Of a DNA stretch of 56,695 bases, positions 1 through 6,757 are shown piece by piece (the stretch's first letter is position 1; the number at the start of each line of letters is the position of its first letter). The position numbers and the translations under genes are program-made. The notes beneath the pieces are model-generated. The model had not been told where the DNA came from and did no database searches. It saw only the letters and a list, made by a program, of their open reading frames with translations. The stretch is from a virus: the IMG/VR virus record IMGVR_UViG_3300046063_000009, one strand, 5' to 3'.

Positions 1-55
1 CTGCTGTCTCTTTCGCCGGAGCCTCGGAGCCCTCGCCAGGGATGTCGATCTCTGC
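1..55. repeat. Terminal direct repeat, left copy (identical to 56641-56695). The window is a closed 56,640-bp unit.
   Basis: The first 55 nt (ctgctgtctctttcgccgga...gatgtcgatctctgc) recur exactly as the last 55 nt of the window. Confidence 0.97.
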
Positions 56-754
56 CGCTTGGCCGTAGATCGACAGCCCGGTGAGCTCGCCGTCGAGAAT
101 CCGCTGCCACGGTTCGTCGGCCCACTCCAGGCCGAGCATCCAGGTTCCGGTCGGGTACTCGCGCGATGTTTCCCCCGTCGGACTCTGGAAGGTCTGTTCT
201 TCTTTGAGGGTCCAGCTCTCGATCGGGTCGGCCTGCCCGGTCAGGAGGTCGTGGTCAACGTCCACCTGCCGGTGCTCTTTCAGGAAGGTGTGTGCAGCGC
301 GCTCGATCTCCGCCTTGGAAATGACGTCCTCCTGCTTGTCGGCTTCCCCGGGGATGAGCACGGCCGCCCAGGTCTTCTGCTCGTGAGCATCGTCCTCGCC
401 CTCTCCGTCGACGTCGCTCTCGTCGTCTTTCCTGAGTAGGAGTTCGCTCTCGCGGGCCCACGCCGCTTCCGACGGTGAGCTCGGAGCGTCCGAATCAGCG
501 CTCTTGAACAGGACGAAACTGCTGTCCTGCGCAGGGGTCGCAACCCCCGAGACGACCGGCACTTCCAGGTCGAGGAGCGCTGTCTTCGCGCTGTCGTCCG
601 AGAAGTAGTCGTCAGGGTTTTGCTCCATGTCCGCACAGAGCGCTTCCGGGTCGTCGACCTCCGTGTCGTCCTCGAACTCGAGAACGCAGGCCTCGAAGTC
701 CTCGAACGGACCAAACGACTTTCGCTCATCGGCCTCCTGCTCCGTCTCGGACAT
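1..754 (-). CDS. Prohead protease (XkdF-like) / scaffold fusion, N-terminal 251 codons. The ORF is open at the window start and continues in frame through the repeat into 56003-56640 (463 aa in total).
   Basis: ATG at 754-752 is preceded by an in-frame TAA (757-755). Hand translation gives MSETEQEADERKSFGPFEDFEACV...WAAVLIPGEADKQEDVISKAEIERAAHTFLKEHRQVDVDHD...WMLGLEWADEPWQRILDGELTGLSIYGQAAEIDIPGEGSEAPAKETA with no stop down to nt 2. It is missing from the ORF track because it has no stop at this end. Motifs resemble the XkdF / Peptidase_S78_2 family. Confidence 0.7.
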   Translation of the reverse strand, partial: MSETEQEADERKSFGPFEDFEACVLEFEDDTEVDDPEALCADMEQNPDDYFSDDSAKTALLDLEVPVVSGVATPAQDSSFVLFKSADSDAPSSPSEAAWARESELLLRKDDESDVDGEGEDDAHEQKTWAAVLIPGEADKQEDVISKAEIERAAHTFLKEHRQVDVDHDLLTGQADPIESWTLKEEQTFQSPTGETSREYPTGTWMLGLEWADEPWQRILDGELTGLSIYGQAAEIDIPGEGSEAPAKETA

Positions 755-837
755 TTAGTAGACCCTTATCACTCATGTAAGAAACCCCTCGCATAACAAT
801 TCGATCCGTCAACTCTTCGGATGACACCCTCGCTGGG

Positions 838-854
838 AGTGACAGCGGCGATCG
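838..854. repeat. Isolated copy of the TGACAGCGGCGATCG motif also found at 9823-9837
   Basis: 15/15 nt identity (840-854 vs 9823-9837). It lies in the intergenic region about 85 nt upstream of the protease-scaffold start. Confidence 0.6.
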
Positions 855-888
855 TGCGGCCACTCAGAACAGAGCCAATATCGACGCG

Positions 889-1281
889 CTACGCGCCGAG
901 CGCGCGAAAGGTGAACACCGTGATACACAGAACGGCGAGCGTCCACCCGTAGAAGATCCCATCGAGCGCCCGGTCGAACCAGCGATTGTCGTAGTGTTCT
1001 CGCAGCGTGCAGGCGGCTTCCTCGCTACTCGCAGCGCGCTGCACGTCCCCTCGCACCACTTCGTGTCTCCAGAGAACGTAATCGCTGACGGCCTCCGCGA
1101 ACACGAACGCGGTTCCACCCGTCGCGAGCAGCGCGACGTCGATCGGGTCGGTCGTGATAAACTCCACGACGAGGAGCACGAACCCGATAGCGAACCCGCT
1201 AAACGTCAGCACGAGCTGCACTGCCTGCCAGTAGGGGCCTATCCCCTCGGCGAACAAGAACCGGAATAGGCCGGTTTGCAT
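889..1281 (-). CDS. Membrane protein (3-4 predicted TM helices), hypothetical
   Basis: Track ORF 889..1401 trimmed to the ATG at 1281 (MQTGLFRFLFAEGIGPYWQAVQLVLTFSGFAIGFVLLVV...). This gives a TAATG overlap with the upstream gene stop. Hydrophobic segments are present. Confidence 0.7.
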   Translation of the reverse strand: MQTGLFRFLFAEGIGPYWQAVQLVLTFSGFAIGFVLLVVEFITTDPIDVALLATGGTAFVFAEAVSDYVLWRHEVVRGDVQRAASSEEAACTLREHYDNRWFDRALDGIFYGWTLAVLCITVFTFRALGA

Positions 1282-1664
1282 TAGAGACCACCACCGAGCA
1301 TCCAGGACCAGACCACGAGGCCGATCATTGCACTCTGCTCCACCAGCGAGATAAGCACTCCAGCGACCAGCAGCGCCATCCCGATCGCGTACCCCCACCA
1401 CGACCGGCGCTTGTAGCGCGGTAGTCGGTCGTCCTCGTTCATCTGTACTAGCACCCGCTCGTACTCAAGTGGGTCGCATCGGCGTGTTTCTCGTGACCGA
1501 TCGCGCGCGGCCTTCCGGCGCTCTCGGTACTCCGCGTTCACCTCACAGACCAGGTGGCCGTACCAGACGCCGCTTCCGGCGAACAGCCACCCAGAGACGA
1601 GTGAGAGAAGCCAGGCGTAGTCGTACACCGTTGTGAGTCCCATACTCCACGCGCTCGCTGCCAT
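1281..1664 (-). CDS. Membrane protein, hypothetical
   Basis: Track ORF 1281..2027 trimmed to the ATG at 1664 (MAASAWSMGLTTVYDYAWLLSLVSGWLFAGSGVWY...). The upstream part is an Arg-rich shadow overlapping the real gene 1691..1927. Confidence 0.65.
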   Translation of the reverse strand: MAASAWSMGLTTVYDYAWLLSLVSGWLFAGSGVWYGHLVCEVNAEYRERRKAARDRSRETRRCDPLEYERVLVQMNEDDRLPRYKRRSWWGYAIGMALLVAGVLISLVEQSAMIGLVVWSWMLGGGL

Positions 1665-1690
1665 TCCGTGCGTGCGTACTCCCGCCTGGG

Positions 1691-1927
1691 TTATAGAACG
1701 TCTTGTCCCTGGGTCCCGAACTCGGTGTAGAGCGCCGAGACGAGATCCGAACCGTCTGAGCGCCGGGTGACTGCTGCCGGCCAGCGCGAGTAGATGTCCT
1801 CGGCCCTGAGCGTGACCAGCTCCATCGTATCGCCGTCGATCACGCGGTAGCAAAACGCCGGGACCGTCCAGACCTGATCGGCGGAGCGGTTCGAGGGCCC
1901 GTCCTGCCGACCGTACTGCTCGCTCAT
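1691..1927 (-). CDS. Hypothetical protein (78 aa)
   Basis: ATG start, ATGA overlap with the upstream gene, acidic composition. Confidence 0.7.
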   Translation of the reverse strand: MSEQYGRQDGPSNRSADQVWTVPAFCYRVIDGDTMELVTLRAEDIYSRWPAAVTRRSDGSDLVSALYTEFGTQGQDVL

Positions 1928-2223
1928 CGATCTTGCTCTCCGTGCTGCTCGGTACGCTCGTCGTCCGCGTACTTCTCGATCCAGTTATACATCGTGCCTC
2001 GGCTGAGTCCGGGTGCGTCCTCGTCATCCGAGCGGAGTTGCTTGTTCACGCGCCGGAGCATCGCTGATCGATTGTCGTCGGTCTCATCGCCGAGTCGCTC
2101 CAACACTTTGGGGAGCGAAGCATCGAAGGCGCGCTCGACGTCGCGCTCGCGCGGTGAGCGTGCAGCGTCGGCGTTCAGGTCCTTTACTATCATCTCGTAG
2201 CTATCGCTGTGGTGTTCAGACAT
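1924..2223 (-). CDS. Hypothetical acidic protein with a possible C-terminal HTH (LSRGTMYNWIEKY)
   Basis: ATG at 2223. The start overlaps the TGA of the orphan portal-end remnant (ATGTCTGA). Confidence 0.7.
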   Translation of the reverse strand: MSEHHSDSYEMIVKDLNADAARSPRERDVERAFDASLPKVLERLGDETDDNRSAMLRRVNKQLRSDDEDAPGLSRGTMYNWIEKYADDERTEQHGEQDR

Positions 2224-2257
2224 CGACGATCCTCACGAACGTATGCCGCTCGTTGGG
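2216..2257 (-). pseudogene. Orphan remnant of the ancestral portal 3' end (PNERHTFVRIVDV*)
   Basis: 14 codons match the last 14 codons of the portal ORF (2951-2910, PNERHTFVRIVDI*). Differences are almost all at synonymous third positions, and this copy uses the genome-typical G/C-ending codons. Confidence 0.75.
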
Positions 2258-2951
2258 GGCGTTACTGGTGTCGGTCGGAGTGACACGGTGGACAAAGCGC
2301 GACCAGGTTCTCCAGGTCGAACGGCTCCCCGCCAGCACTATACGGCGTGATATGATGGGCGTGAAGTGGCTGATCCCGAGCCCCGCAGTCCTGGCACGTC
2401 CACTTGTCGCGCTCGTAACAGTCCTGCCTCGCGTCGATCCACTCGGGCCGACTGTAGAACTCGACAGCCTCCCGGTCGGGGTTCCACTGTGGGTGATCCG
2501 AACCAGTAACCCCGAACATAGGGTTGCCCTCGGCAGTTCGGCGCGCAGAGAGCACCGACCGGAACACCTCTCGTTTCTCGGGACCCCAGATTTCCCAGGA
2601 ATTTTCTCTGTTCCCAGCGAGGAGCCGGGACGCGAGCGCGCGTCTGTCCTCGGATTTCTCCATCGCCAACCGGCACGCCTCGGACTGCGAGCGCGTCTCG
2701 ATCTCGTGCCGATCGAGCCACCGCCGGATCGTCTCTTTTGTCGTCTCAACATCGTACTCGCGCTCCAGCAGGTCGGCGATCTCTTTGGTCGATAGCTGGT
2801 CGTCGTGATAGCGGGCTTCCAGCCACTCTCGATCCCTGTACGGCTCCGGGTCCTTCGGTCGGTACGGCATAGTGTGGCGATACAACGCCACACCTAATCA
2901 GCGCTAGCCTCATATGTCAACTATCCTCACAAATGTATGTCTCTCATTTGG
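2258..2951 (-). mobile_element. Putative homing-type insertion: recoded portal 3' end + spacer + HNH endonuclease gene
   Basis: It is bounded by the duplicated portal end. The AT-rich block 2892-2951 is atypical for this genome. Confidence 0.6.
2262..2870 (-). CDS. HNH endonuclease with an N-terminal HTH-like domain
   Basis: C-terminal motif CQDCGARDQPLHAHHITPYSAGGEPFDLENLVALCPPCHSDRH (HNH with CxxC pairs). ATG at 2870; the track start 2891 is a GTG. Confidence 0.85.
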   Translation of the reverse strand: MPYRPKDPEPYRDREWLEARYHDDQLSTKEIADLLEREYDVETTKETIRRWLDRHEIETRSQSEACRLAMEKSEDRRALASRLLAGNRENSWEIWGPEKREVFRSVLSARRTAEGNPMFGVTGSDHPQWNPDREAVEFYSRPEWIDARQDCYERDKWTCQDCGARDQPLHAHHITPYSAGGEPFDLENLVALCPPCHSDRHQ

Positions 2952-4964
2952 ATGTAGGCAATGAACGCGGTACTGGAGGTTGCTGAAGTATTTGGTCTGG
3001 ACCTCCCGCTCCATACGCTTGAGATCCTGCATCGACACGCCACCGTCGGTCATCGATTTCAGTTCCTCGCACGCTTCGGTCGTCCGCGAATCCGAGGGAC
3101 CGCGCCACTCGAAGCGGTAGCGCGCTGGCGGTCCCTCCGCGTCCCGGTCACCGCCGGTATCGGATCGCTCCTCGTAGCCCTGTTCGCGGGCCGAGTTGAG
3201 CACTGCTGCGCTCTCGGTGCGCGCGACCGTCTCCAAGTCGTCTTTATCGATACCGGGAAACTGGTCGCCGAGAGCGTCGGTGAGGCTCCGCAGCGACCAG
3301 CCCGACGGTTGGGTGAGCTGGTCTTTGAACACCTGCTCGATCGTCGCCCGCGTCGCCTCCTCAAGCGCGTCGATCCCGCGGAAGACCGCTCCGCGATCGA
3401 TCGCTTCTTTGACGCGCTCGATCACGAACTCGGGGACTGACTGGTCGCCGGTCCAGCTTCGCTTCTCGATCTTCTCGATCGAACGTGGCTGTATTTGCTC
3501 CCTGTGGGCATCCAGTAGCCACTCTTCTAAGGTATCGTGTTCCGCTTTCGAGAGCGCACGCGCCGACGTACCGCTGGCTGTATCGGCGTTCTGTGCAACC
3601 GCCTCCTCGCTCCCGCTCGCACCATCGCCAGCGCCGCCGGCGAATCCGGCTGGCAGGCCACCCGAACCACCCGCCCCTTCATCCCCCTCGCTGGTCTGGA
3701 CCTCGATCTCGCCGTCGTCAACGATCAGCTCGTCGTCGCGGTAGGAGACGTCGAGGCCGACGCCAGCCAGTTGCTCGGCGGCCCGGCCCTGTTGGAGCCG
3801 TACCTGGGCGCGTTCCTCGCGCTCGGTGGCAGTCTGCTCGCGCTCGAACTCGAAGCGGAGGTCTTCGTTAATGTCCGGCCACAGCAGTTGTCGGTTGATC
3901 GCCTCCTCGAGATACCGGAGCATCACCCGAAAACCCCGCTGGGCGTAAGCGTCCTGCTGGGAGGAGTCAGTTGCTCGATTCGTGTTCTGGAAATCGTAGC
4001 CCGCATACGAGGCGTTGCACTTGAAGATCGCCCCGAGGACCTGCACCCACCACTTCGATCGTTCGAGGAGCTGGAGCTCGTTGTAGTTCGGCGAGATCGG
4101 CGTGAAATCCCACCCACCACGGGAGACGATATGCCGGTGTCGCTGCCCTTCGTTGAGCTCCCACTGCCGATCGACGCGCTTGAACTCCTCGGGGGGAATC
4201 GGGTGGTCCTCGGAGTCCTTCGCCGCGACGATCCCGCTCGGGCCACCCTCTTTGAGATCCTTGACCTCTTTATCGGAGAGTTCATCCAGTAGGTCGATCA
4301 CGCCGCTCCCCTTCTCGACGGGGCCATAGCCGTACTGATAGTTCTCCCGACCGCCCTGCGCCCAGCTAAACCAGACGACCTCCTCGAGCTCGAACTCCGC
4401 ATCGATACTCCGGGTCGAAAAGCTCGCCTGCACGTACCCCTCGGTGAGTCCGTACTTACTCACCCTCTTGTAGAAGCGTGCGGAATTCACCGGAACCGCC
4501 TCGACGAGCTTCCCAGCGGGGGTGTAGTGCTTCACCCAGGCCGCATCGCCGAGTTCCAGCAGATCACGAGCACATAACTCGCGCAGGTCGCGGAAGGTAA
4601 GCTCCGGGTGCAGCTCAGTCAGCGTGCGTCGTGCGTCAGTGATCGCGGTGTCGTCGACGTCCTCGCCCTCATCTCGGACGCGCAGCGTCCAGCTCGCGGT
4701 GGCCGCGTCCTGGGAGAGCGTATCGATGTATGACTGGGCAACCGGGTTGTCTCCGAAATCGCGCAGCGTGACCGGATCGTAGGGCTTCGGAAGGCCGTCC
4801 TGGTCGCGGATGTACCGACCGATTCCAGCATCCAGCGAGGCACGCCGCTCCACGTCGTCGTCTTTCTTGACAGCATCCTCCTCGCGGTCTTCGCTCTCAC
4901 CGGCCCCCGATCCCTGGTCACTCCCCTCCCCGGCACCCGACCGGAAGCGATCGAGGAATCCCAT
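2910..4964 (-). CDS. Portal protein fused to a C-terminal Mu F / SPP1 gp7-like head-morphogenesis domain
   Basis: 684 aa in the packaging/head region. The C-terminal part carries RTESAAVLNSAREQGY...YRFEWRGPSDSRTTEACEEL, typical of Mu F-like minor head proteins. Confidence 0.65.
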   Translation of the reverse strand: MGFLDRFRSGAGEGSDQGSGAGESEDREEDAVKKDDDVERRASLDAGIGRYIRDQDGLPKPYDPVTLRDFGDNPVAQSYIDTLSQDAATASWTLRVRDEGEDVDDTAITDARRTLTELHPELTFRDLRELCARDLLELGDAAWVKHYTPAGKLVEAVPVNSARFYKRVSKYGLTEGYVQASFSTRSIDAEFELEEVVWFSWAQGGRENYQYGYGPVEKGSGVIDLLDELSDKEVKDLKEGGPSGIVAAKDSEDHPIPPEEFKRVDRQWELNEGQRHRHIVSRGGWDFTPISPNYNELQLLERSKWWVQVLGAIFKCNASYAGYDFQNTNRATDSSQQDAYAQRGFRVMLRYLEEAINRQLLWPDINEDLRFEFEREQTATEREERAQVRLQQGRAAEQLAGVGLDVSYRDDELIVDDGEIEVQTSEGDEGAGGSGGLPAGFAGGAGDGASGSEEAVAQNADTASGTSARALSKAEHDTLEEWLLDAHREQIQPRSIEKIEKRSWTGDQSVPEFVIERVKEAIDRGAVFRGIDALEEATRATIEQVFKDQLTQPSGWSLRSLTDALGDQFPGIDKDDLETVARTESAAVLNSAREQGYEERSDTGGDRDAEGPPARYRFEWRGPSDSRTTEACEELKSMTDGGVSMQDLKRMEREVQTKYFSNLQYRVHCLHPNERHTFVRIVDI

Positions 4965-4975
4965 GCACGTCCCCC

Positions 4976-5329
4976 CTACGGCCCACCGAAGACGACGATC
5001 TCAGCCCGGTAGGTGTCATCCTCGTCTGCCCGAGCGGTGAGCGCTGCTCGCGTCCGGTAGGGCAGGGGATCGAGGAAGTGCGCGCGCTCGGTCACGCCCT
5101 CGGCAGCGTACTGGGTCTTCCAGTCGCCGTCCTGGTGAACGTCGAGATCGACCTGCACGTCGAGATCGTACACCGGAGGAGCACCCAGGACGCCGGTCTC
5201 GTCCGGCTCGTCGTCGTTGACGAAGATCGCCAGCAGACTCGCGTGCTCGTCCTCGGTGCTGGCCTCGACGCTAATGTTCTCGCCGGGCTCCAATTCACCG
5301 GAAACCGGCGCTAGTTCGTATATTCGCAT
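4976..5329 (-). CDS. Hypothetical acidic protein (117 aa)
   Basis: ATG at 5329, strongly acidic, with its own upstream intergenic region. Confidence 0.75.
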   Translation of the reverse strand: MRIYELAPVSGELEPGENISVEASTEDEHASLLAIFVNDDEPDETGVLGAPPVYDLDVQVDLDVHQDGDWKTQYAAEGVTERAHFLDPLPYRTRAALTARADEDDTYRAEIVVFGGP

Positions 5330-5389
5330 GAGGGCTCTGCACGAACGTCAGGCGCTATTACCCAAATAGTTACTGATAACTACCTGTCG

Positions 5390-5396
5390 AAAAAAA
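5390..5396 (-). terminator. Oligo-T (T7) terminator candidate, next to the palindrome TAGTTACTGATAACTA (5367-5382)
   Basis: A7 on the plus strand equals T7 on the coding strand, about 35 nt after the stop of the 5432-5539 ORF. Archaeal terminators are typically oligo-T runs. Confidence 0.45.
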
Positions 5397-5431
5397 GCCA
5401 AAACTCGTTCGATTCGTCGGTCGTGGCCTGG

Positions 5432-5539
5432 TCAGTGCCAGAACGATCGCCCGGTCAGGTAGGTTCCGAGGACGATCAGTAGGCAGGTGAGCAGGCCGAC
5501 CCCGAGGGTAGCGCCGAGGAGCACGCCCTCCATGCCCAT
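5432..5539 (-). CDS. Small single-TM protein (35 aa), tentative
   Basis: MGMEGVLLGATLGVGLLTCLLIVLGTYLTGRSFWH. The ATG lies 1 nt after the stop of the upstream gene. It is below the ORF-track size cut-off when trimmed. Confidence 0.4.
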   Translation of the reverse strand: MGMEGVLLGATLGVGLLTCLLIVLGTYLTGRSFWH

Positions 5540-5540
5540 A

Positions 5541-5735
5541 TCAGTACGCACCCCCCGCGCCGGTAGCCTGCTCGCCCTTGTCGTCGTCTTCGTCGGGTTC
5601 GTAGTGGCGGCAGTAGTAGTCGAGCCACCGGGAGAACGCCCAGCCGTGTTCGACCTGCGCGTTGAGGACGGCCGCGACGTCGTCTCGATCGACACCCGTC
5701 TCCTCGGCGATCTGCTGGCTGTCGATGCGGCTCAT
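5541..5735 (-). CDS. Small acidic protein, possible HTH (64 aa)
   Basis: MSRIDSQQIAEETGVDRDDVAAVLNAQVEHGW...; ATG start overlapping the upstream stop. Confidence 0.7.
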   Translation of the reverse strand: MSRIDSQQIAEETGVDRDDVAAVLNAQVEHGWAFSRWLDYYCRHYEPDEDDDKGEQATGAGGAY

Positions 5736-6028
5736 CGATCCTCATCCGTCTCTGACGAGTTCGTAGTATCGTCCTCATCACCTTCGCGGACGACCGTTAC
5801 CTCGGTGACTCCGTACATCGGATCGCCGCAGAAGGCGCACAGAGGCATCGCCGTTGGGATACCGCCGGTGATAGGGCAGAGGTCGCCACAGTCGGGACAG
5901 GCGACGATTGTGGCGGCCTGGTCGAGCGTTCGCCAGAGTGATCGGGTCGCGTCGGTATCGAACTCCATGTCTACCATCCGGCCGTCGAGAAACTCGACGC
6001 GGAACGTGGTCGTGTTTTGGTCGCTCAT
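5732..6028 (-). CDS. Zinc-ribbon protein (CPDCGDLC...CAFCGD)
   Basis: Trimmed to the ATG at 6028 (MSDQNTTTFRVEF...), giving a TAATG overlap with the upstream gene. It has two Cys pairs. Confidence 0.7.
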   Translation of the reverse strand: MSDQNTTTFRVEFLDGRMVDMEFDTDATRSLWRTLDQAATIVACPDCGDLCPITGGIPTAMPLCAFCGDPMYGVTEVTVVREGDEDDTTNSSETDEDR

Positions 6029-6654
6029 TAGTACGTGTGAATCCATTCGCCGCGCTCGATCTCACCGTCGGGCGTGATGTATGTGCTCCGGATGTCTGTC
6101 GAGCACTCTCGGTTCCGGTCGCGGCACTGGATGTTCGCCCGCTGGATCTCTTTGCGCTCGTCGACTTCGACCGCCTCTCGGATCGCCTCGGGGTTGAGGC
6201 CCTGCGTCCGCTCGCTGAACTCCTCAAACGCCGCGCGGACGTTCGCGACCGTCGCGTCGGCCTCGCCAGCCAGGAGGTCGGCGCGAAGCTGTTCGCGCTC
6301 CTCCTTGGCAGCAGCCTCCTCGGCAGCTTCTACCGCTCGGTGATGTTCCTGCGCCGCTTCGAGGTCTTCGCGCAGCGCGTCGAGCATCGTCTCGGGGAGC
6401 CTACTGCCCTGTGTTCGCGCACCGTTGATCCTTGGTGAGCGGGGGTACATGATCGCTCCGTGCTTCGCGCTGATCTCGTCGGTGTGGCCCGTTCGCTTCC
6501 GGCCACCGTTCCACTCCGCTCTCCACGCGATCTCGCCGCGCTCGGCGTCGGCCTCGAACGTGAGGCGAATTTCGGTCCCGTCCTCGGGGTCCTCAGTCGT
6601 GTGCTCATACGTCTCGAACTCCGGTCGCGCCATAGCGTCGTCGGGTTCTACCAT
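6028..6654 (-). CDS. Hypothetical acidic coiled-coil protein
   Basis: Track ORF 6028..6984 trimmed to the ATG at 6654 (MVEPDDAMARPEFETYEH...). This ATG sits exactly 16 nt downstream of conserved promoter copy a. The upstream extension overlaps the TerL 3' end. Confidence 0.7.
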   Translation of the reverse strand: MVEPDDAMARPEFETYEHTTEDPEDGTEIRLTFEADAERGEIAWRAEWNGGRKRTGHTDEISAKHGAIMYPRSPRINGARTQGSRLPETMLDALREDLEAAQEHHRAVEAAEEAAAKEEREQLRADLLAGEADATVANVRAAFEEFSERTQGLNPEAIREAVEVDERKEIQRANIQCRDRNRECSTDIRSTYITPDGEIERGEWIHTY

Positions 6655-6670
6655 GCTACATAGCATAATA

Positions 6671-6706
6671 ATGCCCGCCGCTATATAAATGTATAGCATA
6701 GCGGTG
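6671..6706 (-). promoter_or_regulatory. Conserved viral promoter, copy a
   Basis: Coding strand reads CACCGCTATGCTATACATTTATATAGCGGCGGGCAT, with the blocks GCTATGC / TACATTTAT (TATA) / CGGG(T/C)A, 16 nt before the ATG at 6654. Confidence 0.65.
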
Positions 6707-6757
6707 GGTGGGACGAGCGTCGCCTGGTCGCCGCTCAGGTGCGTGTGATCGCGTGCG

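Noticed and set aside
59-729. Track ORFs 59..439(+), 81..386(+), 255..461(-) and 280..729(-)
   Set aside because: They are Arg/Ser/Pro-rich shadow frames of the open-ended protease-scaffold gene. That gene occupies the third minus frame, which I verified to be stop-free and acidic with recognisable motifs.
2216-2893. 225-aa minus-strand ORF overlapping the HNH gene
   Set aside because: It is an Arg/Ser/Thr-rich alternative frame of the HNH gene. Only its last 13 codons are meaningful, as the orphan portal-end remnant.
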